The notes under the pieces: model-generated
The model's input: only the letters and a program-made list of their open reading frames with translations
What the model was told of the DNA's origin: nothing
Databases searched by the model: none
Source: Phycisphaera mikurensis NBRC 102666
GTDB lineage: Bacteria; Planctomycetota; Phycisphaerae; Phycisphaerales; Phycisphaeraceae
Length of the DNA stretch: 64,000 nucleotides
Assembly (NCBI RefSeq): GCF_000284115.1
Contig: NC_017080.1
Span: 3,401,534 to 3,465,533 of the forward strand
Direction: 5' to 3'
Made by a program: the position numbers and the translations under genes
Shown here: in pieces, positions 33,996 to 43,389 of the stretch
Layout: each line of letters starts with the position of its first letter
Numbering within the stretch: position 1 is the stretch's first letter

Positions 33996-36122
33996 TCAGC
34001 GGGTCCAGGCGCGGCCCGCCAGCGCTTCGAGCACGAGCAGAGCGAGCACGACCCAGAGCAGACCGGCGGCGAGGGAGGCCCGCGCCGGGTCGCCGGCGAA
34101 GGCGGCGGCGGGGTCGTCGGCGGGGAGGAACGCGACGGGCCCGAGGCCGGCGTACGCGGCGGCGACGCGGGAGGCCGCCTGGCCGGTGGTGTCGGCCGGG
34201 GCGGGCGAGACCACGGTTCCGCCGGAGAGGCCGGCACGGCCGCCCGTCGCGTCGCCCGCGGCGGCGACGGCCGGCTCCGCCTCGGCGCGGGCGGCGACGG
34301 CGGCGAGCAGGCCGTCGCGCAGCAGCGCGGGGAAGAGCGGCTTGGCCGGCAGGTTCGTCCAGGCGGGATCGAGGGCGGTGGCGAGGTAGACGACGCGGCC
34401 GGCGGCCTCGGCGGAGCGGGCGGAGGCGGTGAGCGGCACGCCCGCGGCGGAGCGGATCCAGACGTCGGCCGGATCGACGCCGGCCGGCGCCGCGAGCCGA
34501 TCGATGCGGAGCGGGCGGAGAAGCGCCTCCCACTGGCCGGCGAGCAGCGCGAGCGTCGCGGGAGCGGGCCGGGAGGCGTCGGCGCGGATGGGCCCCTCGG
34601 CGCCCTCCGCCGCGGGGGACGGCCGCCACGGGAGGCCCAGCGCCTCGAACAGCGCGCCCAGGCCGGCTCCGGGCTCGTCTTCGGGTGCCGCGGCGGAGGG
34701 CGTGACCCAGGCGGCACCGCCGGCGGCGACGAACGCGGCGACGGACGCGCGGCCCGCCGGGCCCAGCGCGGCGGGGTCGAGCGTGACGACGGCGTCGAGC
34801 GTGTCGTCGCCGCCTCCGGGCGGGACCAGCGCCACCGGCGAGCCGAGCGGGCGGACCGCAAAGCCGGTGCCCTCCCCCAGCGCCGCGGCGGCGAAGTCGG
34901 AGGGCGCGAGGCCGCCGTCGGCCGATTCCCCGCCGAGCAAGCCCACGCGCACGGCCTCCACCAGCTCCACGCGGGCGAGGCCGGCGTCGTCGGCGGCGAC
35001 GGCGTCGCCGGCGGGCGGATCCAGCGTGGCGAGCAGCAAACGGCGGCCGGGCGCGAGCGGCTCGGGCGCCTCCAGCGGGACGCGCACGACCGCCTCGGCG
35101 ACGCCGGCGTCGAGGGTGACCTCGCGGCGGCCGGTTGCGAGCGCCGGCCGCTCCGCGAGCGCCGCGAGCGGGGTGAAGCCGGCGGCGGCCGCGGGTTCGA
35201 CCAGCTTGACGACGACGGAGGCGTCGGCCGCCGCGCCGGCGGCGCCCGCGGCTTCGCCCGCCCGGCGGACCCGCACGAGGGCCTCGAGCCGGCCCGCCGA
35301 GCGGGACGCGGCGGCGTCACCCGCCGCGACCACCGCCCGCGTCGGGCGGACGCCGCCGAGGGCGAGGTTCGGCACGCCGGCCGCCGGCCGCGACAGCCAG
35401 ACCCGCGGACCCACGCCGTTTCCGCCCTCCGGGGCCCACGGTCCGCGGCCGGCCACGCCCTCCTCGGGGAAGTGGGGGGAGAGCACGACCACCGCGGCCT
35501 CGCGGCCGGCGGCGGCGTCGGCACGGGCCGCCTCGGCGACGCGCGGGAGCACAGCCTCCCGGGCTGGCGCGGCGTCGGTCACGCCAAGGCCGGCGACCCG
35601 CTGGCGGGCGGCCGCGGGGGCAAGCGACGGCGGATCGCCGGCGTCCCCGCCGCCGGCGAGCGGCCAGATCCGCACGCGGTCCGCGGGGTCGAGCGAAGCG
35701 AGCACGGCGTCGGCTTCACGCAGGGAGCGGGCGAGGAAGGCGTCTTCCTCGCCCGGCAGCCGTGCACCCGACGCGATCCCGTTGTCGATCACGAGGTCCA
35801 CCGACCGCCCCGCGGCCCCGGCGACCCCCAGCGCCGAGGCGAGCCGCCCGCTCACCAGCGGCCCCGCCAGCGCGAGCCCGAGCAGCACGAGCAGCAGGCA
35901 GCGGCAGCCCAGCAGCAGCCACCGCTCGAAGCGGAGCCGGCGACGCTGCTTCTGGATGGCCTCCCGCAGGAAGCGCATCGCCGCCCACGGGCGCTGCTTG
36001 CGGCGTCGCCGCGAGAGCAGGTGCAGCGTGACCGGCACCGCCACCGCCGCGACGCCCGCCACCGCGAGCGCCGGCGCGACCAGCGAGGCGGCGGCCTGGG
36101 CGAGAACGAACGGAGCCTGCAT
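33996..36122 (-). CDS. BatA-like / N-terminal double-transmembrane-domain protein (aerotolerance-regulator N-terminal type), 708 aa
   Basis: The N-terminus 'FVLAQAAASLVAPALAVAGVAAVAVPVTLHLLSRRRRK...WLLLGCRCLLLVLLGLALAG' is the characteristic two-TM BatA N-terminal domain. There is a C-terminal TM helix. It sits directly downstream of DUF58 in the same operon, which is the typical arrangement. Confidence 0.55.
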   Translation of the reverse strand: MQAPFVLAQAAASLVAPALAVAGVAAVAVPVTLHLLSRRRRKQRPWAAMRFLREAIQKQRRRLRFERWLLLGCRCLLLVLLGLALAGPLVSGRLASALGVAGAAGRSVDLVIDNGIASGARLPGEEDAFLARSLREADAVLASLDPADRVRIWPLAGGGDAGDPPSLAPAAARQRVAGLGVTDAAPAREAVLPRVAEAARADAAAGREAAVVVLSPHFPEEGVAGRGPWAPEGGNGVGPRVWLSRPAAGVPNLALGGVRPTRAVVAAGDAAASRSAGRLEALVRVRRAGEAAGAAGAAADASVVVKLVEPAAAAGFTPLAALAERPALATGRREVTLDAGVAEAVVRVPLEAPEPLAPGRRLLLATLDPPAGDAVAADDAGLARVELVEAVRVGLLGGESADGGLAPSDFAAAALGEGTGFAVRPLGSPVALVPPGGGDDTLDAVVTLDPAALGPAGRASVAAFVAAGGAAWVTPSAAAPEDEPGAGLGALFEALGLPWRPSPAAEGAEGPIRADASRPAPATLALLAGQWEALLRPLRIDRLAAPAGVDPADVWIRSAAGVPLTASARSAEAAGRVVYLATALDPAWTNLPAKPLFPALLRDGLLAAVAARAEAEPAVAAAGDATGGRAGLSGGTVVSPAPADTTGQAASRVAAAYAGLGPVAFLPADDPAAAFAGDPARASLAAGLLWVVLALLVLEALAGRAWTR

Positions 36123-36158
36123 CGGCGGACGCTACGGGAGCGGACGGACGCCCGCGGG

Positions 36159-37172
36159 TCAGGCCCGCATCGCGGAGGAGCGCTGGGCGAGGGCGGCGGC
36201 GAGCTGCGCGCCCGGCGGCTCGTCGGTGCGCATCAGGCGGTGGTCGTAGCCGAAGCGGGTGCAGGCGGCGCCGACGGCGGCGAGGTGCTCCCCAACGGCG
36301 GCGCGGTAGGCCTTCCGCAGCGACCTGGGGTCGGCACCGACGCGGCCGCCGCCCTCGAGGCCGACGAACTCGGCTGGCTCGTCGCCGCCGGGCCCGCTGC
36401 CCAGGTCCAGCTCCACCGGATCGAGCACCTGCAGCACGAGCGTGTCGTGGTTCGCTCCGCCGTGCCGCAGCCGGCCCAACGCCGACTCCAGCGCCGCGAC
36501 CGGGTCGAGGAGGTCGGCGAGGATCACGACGAGCCCGCGCCGGCCGCCGCCGCCGCCCAAGCCGCCGGCGATGCGGCCGGCGGCGGCGAGGAGGCCCGCG
36601 CCCCGGTCGTCTTCCTCGGCGGCCTCCCCGCCGGACGCCTCGGCCTCGGCCACGCCCGCCGCGTCGAGCGCGGCGGTGACTTCCTCGGCGTGGCCCGACG
36701 CGTTGCTCGGCGGCAGGCCGCCGCTCACGCCCGCGTCGAACAGCACGAGCCCGACGCGGTCGCGCTGGCGGGTGCCCAGGTGCGCGAGCGTGCCGGCGAG
36801 CACGGCGGCGTGGTCGAACTTGCTCCAGGCGTCCGGCCGCGTCCGGCCGCCGGGCCGGACCGCACCGCCGGCGCCACCCGCGAAGCGCATCGACGCGGAC
36901 CGGTCGACGGCGAGGGTCAGCTCCAGCTGGCTCTCCCGCTCGAACTGCCGCAGGTGGGCCTTGTCGGTGCGGGCGAGCACCTTCCAATCGAGGTGCCGCA
37001 GGTCGTCGCCGGCGACATAGGGCCGGTGCTGCGCGAACTCGGTGGAGACGCCGGAGAGCGGCGTGCGGTGCCCGCCGGAGAGCAAGCCCTCAACGACGAG
37101 GCGGCTGCGTAGCTCGACCCCCTCGACGGCGCGGAGCGTCTCGGGATCGGGATGGAGGCTTCTCTCCGGCAC
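36159..37172 (-). CDS. DUF58 protein (MoxR-associated, vWA-like)
   Basis: 'EFAQHRPYVAGDDLRHLDWKVLARTDKAHLRQFERESQLELTLAVDRSASM' is the DUF58 signature. Confidence 0.8.
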   Translation of the reverse strand: MPERSLHPDPETLRAVEGVELRSRLVVEGLLSGGHRTPLSGVSTEFAQHRPYVAGDDLRHLDWKVLARTDKAHLRQFERESQLELTLAVDRSASMRFAGGAGGAVRPGGRTRPDAWSKFDHAAVLAGTLAHLGTRQRDRVGLVLFDAGVSGGLPPSNASGHAEEVTAALDAAGVAEAEASGGEAAEEDDRGAGLLAAAGRIAGGLGGGGGRRGLVVILADLLDPVAALESALGRLRHGGANHDTLVLQVLDPVELDLGSGPGGDEPAEFVGLEGGGRVGADPRSLRKAYRAAVGEHLAAVGAACTRFGYDHRLMRTDEPPGAQLAAALAQRSSAMRA

Positions 37173-37192
37173 GCGCGGAGGCTAGTGCCGCG

Positions 37193-37906
37193 TCACGCCG
37201 CGATCCGCGGGTAGAGGCTCAGCAGCTTGATCCGGGCGTCATCGGCGGTGAACTGCCAGTGCACGCCTCGCTGGCTCTGGTTGCGAGCGGCCGCCCAGGC
37301 TCGGGCCTCGCGATCGATCTCCTGGATGGTGTCGATCCGTCGGCCGAGGCATTGCCTTGAGAGCACACTCAGTTCGCACTCGGCGATGTTCAGCCACGAA
37401 CCGTGGGCCGGCGTGTGCACCAGCTCGATCCGCTCAGCGATCCGCCGCGCCTCTGCTGCCTCGAATGCTTCGTACAACGACGCGATCCTGTGGGTGTTCA
37501 GGTTGTCGCACACCAGGCGGATCCGCGTCGCTGACTCGTAACGCGGGGCGTCCACCAACGCCTGGATCTGGTGGGCCCAGTCCGCCGCGGTGCGTCGCCG
37601 ACTGGTCCGAACGTCCCGCCACCCAGCCAACGGCTCGGTGAACATCCACAGGTTGCAGGTGCCGTGCCGCACGTACTCGTGGTCCTCGATCCGACGGCCG
37701 GTGGAGTCGGTGAAGCGGCGGCGGGTCTCGCCGATGAGCTGCTTGGGCTGCTCGTCCATGCACACCACCGGCAACGCCGGGTCGTAGGCGAGCGCGTACA
37801 GGCACAGCACCGCCTCCATGGCCGCGACGAAGGCCGCGGACTGCTCCGGCGGGATGCACCACATCTTCTTCCTCCACGGCTTCAGGCCGTTTTTTGAAGA
37901 GCGCAC
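37193..37906 (-). CDS. IS630 transposase OrfB (DDE catalytic domain), probably expressed as an OrfAB fusion by -1 frameshifting
   Basis: DDE motifs 'VVCMDEQPKQL', 'LVCDNLNTH' and 'HTPAHGSWLNIAE'. The overlap with OrfA covers the plus-strand 'cgttttttgaag' at 37893-37904, which is 'CTTCAAAAAACG' on the coding strand. Confidence 0.8.
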   Translation of the reverse strand: MRSSKNGLKPWRKKMWCIPPEQSAAFVAAMEAVLCLYALAYDPALPVVCMDEQPKQLIGETRRRFTDSTGRRIEDHEYVRHGTCNLWMFTEPLAGWRDVRTSRRRTAADWAHQIQALVDAPRYESATRIRLVCDNLNTHRIASLYEAFEAAEARRIAERIELVHTPAHGSWLNIAECELSVLSRQCLGRRIDTIQEIDREARAWAAARNQSQRGVHWQFTADDARIKLLSLYPRIAA

Positions 37907-38364
37907 CGCACCGCTTCGCGGCTGATCGAGTCCACCACCTTCAGCTCCACCAGCCGGCCGGCCAGGAGGCGGAGGCTCCAGCGATCATGGCCCTCGGGCG
38001 GGTCCGAGCAGGCGATCGTCACCAGCTGAGCTTCGCCTACGCCGTCGAGCTTGCGTTGCATCGCGCGGTCTTGAGGCTTGCGTTCGAGCAACGAGAGCGG
38101 ACCGTCCTCGACAGCCTTCTTCCGCCAGCCCTCCACAGTGCGGACACCCGCGTCGAAAGCCTCGGCAATCTGCTCGTCGGTCCAGGCCGGGGCGCCGGGC
38201 GATTCGTCGCACTTGAGCAGGGCTTGCGCCCGCTGGATCTTCCAGCCGGCGACGCGGCCGCTGCGGACCAGCGTGGTCAGCTGCTCCCGCTCGTCGTCGG
38301 TGAGGTGGACGTGGTAGAGCTTTCGATTCTTGAGCTTCGTGGCCATCCTTGGCCTCCTTTGCAT
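37882..38364 (-). CDS. IS630 transposase OrfA (HTH DNA-binding part)
   Basis: 'LTDDEREQLTTLVRSGRVAGWKIQRAQALL...DEQIAEAFDAGVRTVEGWRKK' is a paired HTH typical of Tc1/IS630. It ends at an A6 slippery site. Confidence 0.8.
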   Translation of the reverse strand: MQRRPRMATKLKNRKLYHVHLTDDEREQLTTLVRSGRVAGWKIQRAQALLKCDESPGAPAWTDEQIAEAFDAGVRTVEGWRKKAVEDGPLSLLERKPQDRAMQRKLDGVGEAQLVTIACSDPPEGHDRWSLRLLAGRLVELKVVDSISREAVRCALQKTA

Positions 38365-38613
38365 TCGGTGGTGAACCCGTGCACGGTGACGCTACACGCC
38401 TCACCCGCAGATCGGCGGCAGCCGCGGCACTAGAGCATCCAAGCGGCGTCAAGCTGCCGCTCGGCTGGGAGCAGACCCCGCCGCCCGCGGCCCGCGAGCC
38501 GGGCGATCGTGCGGCGACGCGGCCGCGGGCCGCGGGCTGCGGGCCGCCACCGTGCGGAATCCAGGCGGGCGTAACGCCATGAACCGATGCGACGCTCGAT
38601 CCCTCCGCCTGGA

Positions 38614-39621
38614 TCAGGCCGCGAGGCGGTGATCGGAGAGGTCGGCGTCGGCTCCGCTTCCCAGCGGCCCGAGGTCGGCGGCGGGGGCGCCGCGGAAGCG
38701 GAGGTCGGGGGCGTCGGAAGCGGCCGGGGCCTGCCCGCCGCGGCGGCGCTCGCGGTCGGCCTCCCACGCCTTCACGAGCGACTCGGTGCTGCGCTGCAGG
38801 CGCAGCACGCTCTGCCACTCGGTGTCGAGGTCCTCCTGCGTCTTGGCGGCTTCGGCCTTCGCCTCGTCGAGCCGCTGCCGCTCGCGGGCGAGGTTCGCAC
38901 GCTCGGTCTCGAGCGCCTCCCGCTCGCGCTGAAGGTCCGCCTCGACGTCCTGGCGATGGGCGTCGGCGTCAGCCAACGCCGCGGCGCGCTGCTCCGCGAT
39001 CCGTTCGGTGGCGGCGGTTTCGCGTTCCTTGGCCTGCTCGGCGGCCTGCGCGTCGGCGGATTCGATCAGGATCCGCGCGTCACGCTCCGCCTCGGCGACC
39101 GTCTCGGCGGCCTGCCGCTCGGCCTCGGCGGCCGCGGCGACGAGCTTCTCGGTCTCGGCCGACCGGTAGCGGGCGAAGCGCTCCCGGTCGTGCGCGGTCT
39201 TCTGCTCCTCGGCCACGAGCGCGTCGCGGCGGGCGGCGAGATCGGCCTCGGCGACCGCGATCCGCTCACGCCGCGCGACGAGATCGCTCGTGCTGGCGTC
39301 GGCCCACTTCTGCAGCTCCTCGAAGCGGCCCTGCATCTCCGCGAGCAGGCCGCCGGCGAGGTCGGGGACCTCGGGCAGCGGGGTCGCCGGCGCGACGGTC
39401 GGCTCGGCCGCGGCTTCCGGCTCCGCCTCGCCGCCGGCCTCCGGCGCCGCCACCGCGAGCGGGCCGAAGACCGCGTCGGGATCCAGGTCCGACGCGTCTC
39501 CGAGCCCGTCCGTGAGCCCCAACGCGAGCTCCATGAGCCCCGAGCCGCCGGTGGAGGCGCGCGGGCCGGCTTGGGCGGCGGCGTGGGAAGGATCGGAACG
39601 CTTGGATCGAGAGCGGGGCAT
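38614..39621 (-). CDS. Coiled-coil protein (E/A/R-rich), function unknown
   Basis: This is the C-terminal 335 codons of track ORF 38614..43203. Composition becomes protein-like from 'MPRSRSKRSD' (cat 39619-39621) onward, with a long heptad-like E/A/R/Q region. The upstream 1190 codons are Arg-rich and overlap the GH94-like gene in another frame, so I treat them as artefact. Confidence 0.4.
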   Translation of the reverse strand: MPRSRSKRSDPSHAAAQAGPRASTGGSGLMELALGLTDGLGDASDLDPDAVFGPLAVAAPEAGGEAEPEAAAEPTVAPATPLPEVPDLAGGLLAEMQGRFEELQKWADASTSDLVARRERIAVAEADLAARRDALVAEEQKTAHDRERFARYRSAETEKLVAAAAEAERQAAETVAEAERDARILIESADAQAAEQAKERETAATERIAEQRAAALADADAHRQDVEADLQREREALETERANLARERQRLDEAKAEAAKTQEDLDTEWQSVLRLQRSTESLVKAWEADRERRRGGQAPAASDAPDLRFRGAPAADLGPLGSGADADLSDHRLAA

Positions 39622-39704
39622 CGGCGGGGCTCGGGGGTGGGTTCGGGCCGTCGCGTCGCTGCGACCGGCTCCGCCGACTCCATCGGCACCCCCCGCCCGC
39701 CGCT

Positions 39705-42700
39705 TCAGCCCGGAGAACCGGAACCTCCGGCCACGCCACAGCCGACGACCACCTCGGTCGCACCGCCGAGCGCCGCGACCGGCAACGCCCAGCCGGCGCC
39801 GGCCCGCTGGGCCCCCGCGAGCGGCTCGCCGCCGGCGGTCGGCGGGGTCCCGGCCGGCACCGCCGGATCGACCACGACCCGGACCGGGAGGCCACGCGCC
39901 GCGAGGTCCAGCTCCACCGGCCCGGCGAGGTCGGCGGGCAGCCGGGGGTCCAGCCCGAGCACCGCCGCTTCGCCGGAGCCCGCCACCGCCACGCCCACCA
40001 GCTCCTGCACGATCAGGCGGACGAAGATGCCCGGCCCGCTGGAGTAGACCCGCCAGCCGCCCTCCACCGGCACCTCGCCGGCCATCACCTTCGCGTAGTG
40101 CTCGTCCGCCTCCTCGCGGTGGGCGAAGGCCGCGTCGGAGCTGCTGAAGTAGGCGTTGGCCTGCCGCGGGAGCGCATGGCTCACCGAGTCCGCGATGCCC
40201 ACGGGGTTGACCTTCAGCAGCTCGGCGAGGACGCCTCCGGCTCCGGCTTCGGCGCCGGCCGCGTCGCGGCCGACGTTCGCCAGCACCTCGGCGTAGCGGA
40301 GGTGGCTGTGCGTGTACATCAGCCCGACCTCGCGGCCGAAGAACGCGGCCGACTCCGCCCGCTGGAAGGTCTCGCTCACACCGCCGCGGTACGCCGGCGG
40401 CCGGTCCATCAGGCGGGCGCCGTCGGGGGCGAGCAGGTGCTCGCGGAGGAGGGCGAGGTGGCGGGCGGCCGCGTCGCCGGCGAGGAGGCCCGAGAGGATC
40501 CCCCGGTTGATCGCGATGAGCCCGTGCCGCACGACGCTGCGGACGGCAGCGGGGTGCAGCAGCGGCTCCACGCTCTCGCCCGCCTCGTCGAAGATCCCGA
40601 CCCCCATGACCTCGGCCTCGCCGTCGGGGCCCGGCGGCGTGAGCAGGCGGTGGAAGTCGGCGGCGAGCGCGTCGGCCCGGGCCTCCAGCCGGCCCTTCCA
40701 CGCCGGGTCCCCGCAGCCCACCGCGAGCCCCAGCAGCGTTTCGAAGAGCAGCGCGTTCGTCCACGCGCTCACCATCCGCTCCGCCATCCACGGCTCCGCC
40801 GGCTGCAGCGCGTCGTTCCAGTCGCCGTGGCCGTAGGCCATGAGCGCGGTGCCGGGGATCCGGTGCGCGTCGATGTTGCCGACGGCGGCTTCGGCGTGCT
40901 CGCGCAGCGTCGAGGCCGCGTCGTCGTCGACCCAGGCGACCTTCTCCTCCAGCAGGGCCGCGTGGCCGGCGGCGCGGAGGTGGTCCGCCAGCGCCTTGAG
41001 CGGCCAGACGACCACGTCGCCGTGCGCGTCGCCGGCGCGGGTGTCCTGGTAAGGGGGAAGCATGAACCACTGCGGCCAGCCGCCGGCGGCGACGCCGCCG
41101 CCGCCGGCCCGGCGCTGGTTCGCGAAGACGATCTTCAGGATCTCCGCCACCACGTCGTGCCGGCCCAGCCCCGCGAGCAGCTCCACCGGGCCCTGGCACA
41201 CGTCGCGCGTGCCCCAGGCGCCGCCGGTGAACTGCTCGAGGCCCACCGGCGTGGAGAGGTGGATCACCGCGTTGTGCACCAGCCACGGCAGCGCTTCGGA
41301 CAGCCGCCGCGTCCGCGGGTCGGGCCCGGCGTCGAAGCCGGCGCGGGCGGCAAGGCCAAGCCAGAAGGCGTCGGGGTCGGCCGGCTCGTCGGAAACGTCC
41401 ACCGTCTCCGCGAGGTTGTTGCACAGCTCGATCGTCCACGCCGTCGCCGCCTCCGCCGCCAGCACGGCGACCAGCCACGGGTGGCCGACCCGCTCCTCGC
41501 CGGTCAGCAGCTCGTCCCCGCCGAGCGTCTGCGCCGAGCCCTCGGCGAAGCGGAGCAGCAGGCCCGGCGCCGGGCCCTGCGCGTCCAGCGGCGAACCGCC
41601 CGCGGGCCGCGCCGCGAAGCCGTCGTCGAGCACGCCGACCTCCACCGCCGCCGCGTTCTCCGCAGGCCCCGGGCTCACCTGCAGCGACACCCGGAGCCGC
41701 CGCGGCTCGCCGGCGAGCCACTCCGCCGCGTACGCCAGCAGCGGGCCCTCGGCCGCGGCCGCCACCCACACCCGCAGCACGTCGGGCCCGAAGCGGTACC
41801 ACCAGCTCGCCGTGCCCGGGGTGGTGGCGAACGCGGTGGCGACGCCGAGGACGCGCCAGCCGCCGGGGGCTCCCTCGTCCTCGACGGCGATCCGCAGGCC
41901 GGTCGAGGGGTCGAGGTTCAGCTCGTCGCGGACGACGCCGCTCCAGCGGCCGAAGACGGTGTTGCCCAGCGTGAGGTGCGAGCCGAAGGCGCCGCGCTGG
42001 AACACGGTCGCCGTCGCGAGCTCCGCACCGGGCATCAGCCCCTCGCCGGTGCGCAGCAGGTGGCCGTGGCCGCGGCGTAGCCGGGCCTCCTTGCCGCGGG
42101 TGGCGACGTGCGTGGCCTCGCCGCAGAAGAAGGAGGCCAGCTCGCCGTGCAGCTCCTCGATCTCGCGCCAGTCGTCGCGCGGGCCGAACCAGGCCGCGAG
42201 GTCTTCGCCCGAAGCCGGATCGCCGGCGAGCGGCGCGGCGGCGAAGCCGCGGACCGCGGCCAGAACCGGCGTCCCGGACCGGCGGTCCGCGGATTTCTGC
42301 CGCGACTTCTGCCGCGCGCCCGCCGCGGCCCGCTCGATGGCGTCGACCCGCGACAGATCCTCGCCCGACGAAGCCTGGGGGTGGTCCGGGCAGAGCTCGA
42401 AGAAGAAGGTCGCCTCGCCGGGCCGCCCCGGGGCGACCCGCAGCGGGCAGCTCCGCAGCACGGCCGCCGCCGCCTCGTGCTGGCAGACGTTGGCGCCCTC
42501 GGGCCACTGCCGCACCCCGGCGTCGGGCGTCGCCACCTTCGCCCGCGTGCCCATCGCCGCCACGGCGTCGGTCGCGACGCCGACGCAGGACGGCACGCAG
42601 CCGGCCAGCACCTGGGGGAAGCCGGTCGACTGCTTCAGCGCCTGACGGCACAGCTGCACGAGCCCCACCCGGCCGTGCTCGAGGACGGCGTGATCGACGT

Positions 42701-43160
42701 AGTGCGAGACGTACTTCTCGTTGTTCCGCAGCGTCCCCTCGTCGGCGAGCCCGATCCCGGCGAGCAGCAGCAGCTCGACCTCGGCCTCGTCCTGCGGCGT
42801 GTCGGCCTCCACGCGGACGAGCCAGAACCAGCGGGCGGCGTCGGCGTCGAGCCGCAGCTCGACCGCGTAGCCGAAGCCGCCCGCGTCGCCGGACCAGCGG
42901 ATCGCCTCGTCGCTCGCGGCCAGCGTCGGCTCCGCCCCCGGCCCGAGCAGCGGCACCGCCGCCTCCTCCCCGGTCTTCCGCAGCCACAGCCGCGGCCCGC
43001 CGGCCGCGAGCGGCGAGGCCACCTCCGACGACAGCGCCAGCGACCCCGCGTTGAGCCGGGCGAGCCCGCCGGTGGCCCGCACCTCGGCGACGAGCCCCCC
43101 GCCCCCGCGGAGGCGGTGAACCGGCCAGTCGGAAGAGGCGAGCGTGCGGAAGTCCTGCAT
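39705..43160 (-). CDS. Large glycoside hydrolase / glycan phosphorylase-like protein (six-hairpin glycosidase fold, GH94/GH65-like), 1151 aa
   Basis: Protein-like composition across the full length. 'MAYGHGDWNDALQP' and 'RLMDRPPAYRGG...MYTHSHLRYAEVLANVG' resemble the (alpha/alpha)6 catalytic domain of cellobiose/chitobiose-phosphorylase-type enzymes. Family call is from memory. Confidence 0.5.
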   Translation of the reverse strand: MQDFRTLASSDWPVHRLRGGGGLVAEVRATGGLARLNAGSLALSSEVASPLAAGGPRLWLRKTGEEAAVPLLGPGAEPTLAASDEAIRWSGDAGGFGYAVELRLDADAARWFWLVRVEADTPQDEAEVELLLLAGIGLADEGTLRNNEKYVSHYVDHAVLEHGRVGLVQLCRQALKQSTGFPQVLAGCVPSCVGVATDAVAAMGTRAKVATPDAGVRQWPEGANVCQHEAAAAVLRSCPLRVAPGRPGEATFFFELCPDHPQASSGEDLSRVDAIERAAAGARQKSRQKSADRRSGTPVLAAVRGFAAAPLAGDPASGEDLAAWFGPRDDWREIEELHGELASFFCGEATHVATRGKEARLRRGHGHLLRTGEGLMPGAELATATVFQRGAFGSHLTLGNTVFGRWSGVVRDELNLDPSTGLRIAVEDEGAPGGWRVLGVATAFATTPGTASWWYRFGPDVLRVWVAAAAEGPLLAYAAEWLAGEPRRLRVSLQVSPGPAENAAAVEVGVLDDGFAARPAGGSPLDAQGPAPGLLLRFAEGSAQTLGGDELLTGEERVGHPWLVAVLAAEAATAWTIELCNNLAETVDVSDEPADPDAFWLGLAARAGFDAGPDPRTRRLSEALPWLVHNAVIHLSTPVGLEQFTGGAWGTRDVCQGPVELLAGLGRHDVVAEILKIVFANQRRAGGGGVAAGGWPQWFMLPPYQDTRAGDAHGDVVVWPLKALADHLRAAGHAALLEEKVAWVDDDAASTLREHAEAAVGNIDAHRIPGTALMAYGHGDWNDALQPAEPWMAERMVSAWTNALLFETLLGLAVGCGDPAWKGRLEARADALAADFHRLLTPPGPDGEAEVMGVGIFDEAGESVEPLLHPAAVRSVVRHGLIAINRGILSGLLAGDAAARHLALLREHLLAPDGARLMDRPPAYRGGVSETFQRAESAAFFGREVGLMYTHSHLRYAEVLANVGRDAAGAEAGAGGVLAELLKVNPVGIADSVSHALPRQANAYFSSSDAAFAHREEADEHYAKVMAGEVPVEGGWRVYSSGPGIFVRLIVQELVGVAVAGSGEAAVLGLDPRLPADLAGPVELDLAARGLPVRVVVDPAVPAGTPPTAGGEPLAGAQRAGAGWALPVAALGGATEVVVGCGVAGGSGSPG

Positions 43161-43389
43161 GGGCGGAGGCTACGGAGCGACCCGGGCGACGCACCGCGGG
43201 CACGCCGTGCGGGCCTGCTCCCCGCGGCAGAAGGCGGACAGAACCCGTCGGGCCGACGCGGCGCGTCGGTCGCGGAGGGCGCGGCGAGCGCCGCTCCTCG
43301 CTGCGTGGGCCAGCCGCTTCCTTCGCGTCCCCCGCGTCCTCCCTCCCTTCGCGACGGAGCGGAGCGACCCGGCCCGCAACGACAGGGCG

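Larger units (their letters stand above)
37183..38442. mobile_element. IS630-family insertion sequence, apparently complete, flanked by a TA target-site duplication
   Basis: Terminal inverted repeats 'TAGTGCCGCGTCACGCCGCGATCCGCGGGTAGAG' (left, from 37183) and the reverse complement of 38410-38442 'TAGTGCCGCGGCTGCCGCCGATCTGCGGGTGAG' match at about 26 of 33 positions. TA dinucleotides sit at both ends. Internally there are two overlapping transposase ORFs. Confidence 0.8.

Noticed and set aside
33776-37112. Several Arg-rich plus-strand ORFs (218 aa, 1053 aa, 606 aa) across the BatA/DUF58 region
   Set aside because: They are antisense to well-supported minus-strand genes and have poly-R/G composition.
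39622-43203. N-terminal roughly 1190 codons of the 1529-aa minus-strand ORF
   Set aside because: It is Arg/Gly/Ala-rich and overlaps the protein-like GH94-like gene (39705-43160) in a different frame. Only the C-terminal coiled-coil part (38614-39621) looks real.
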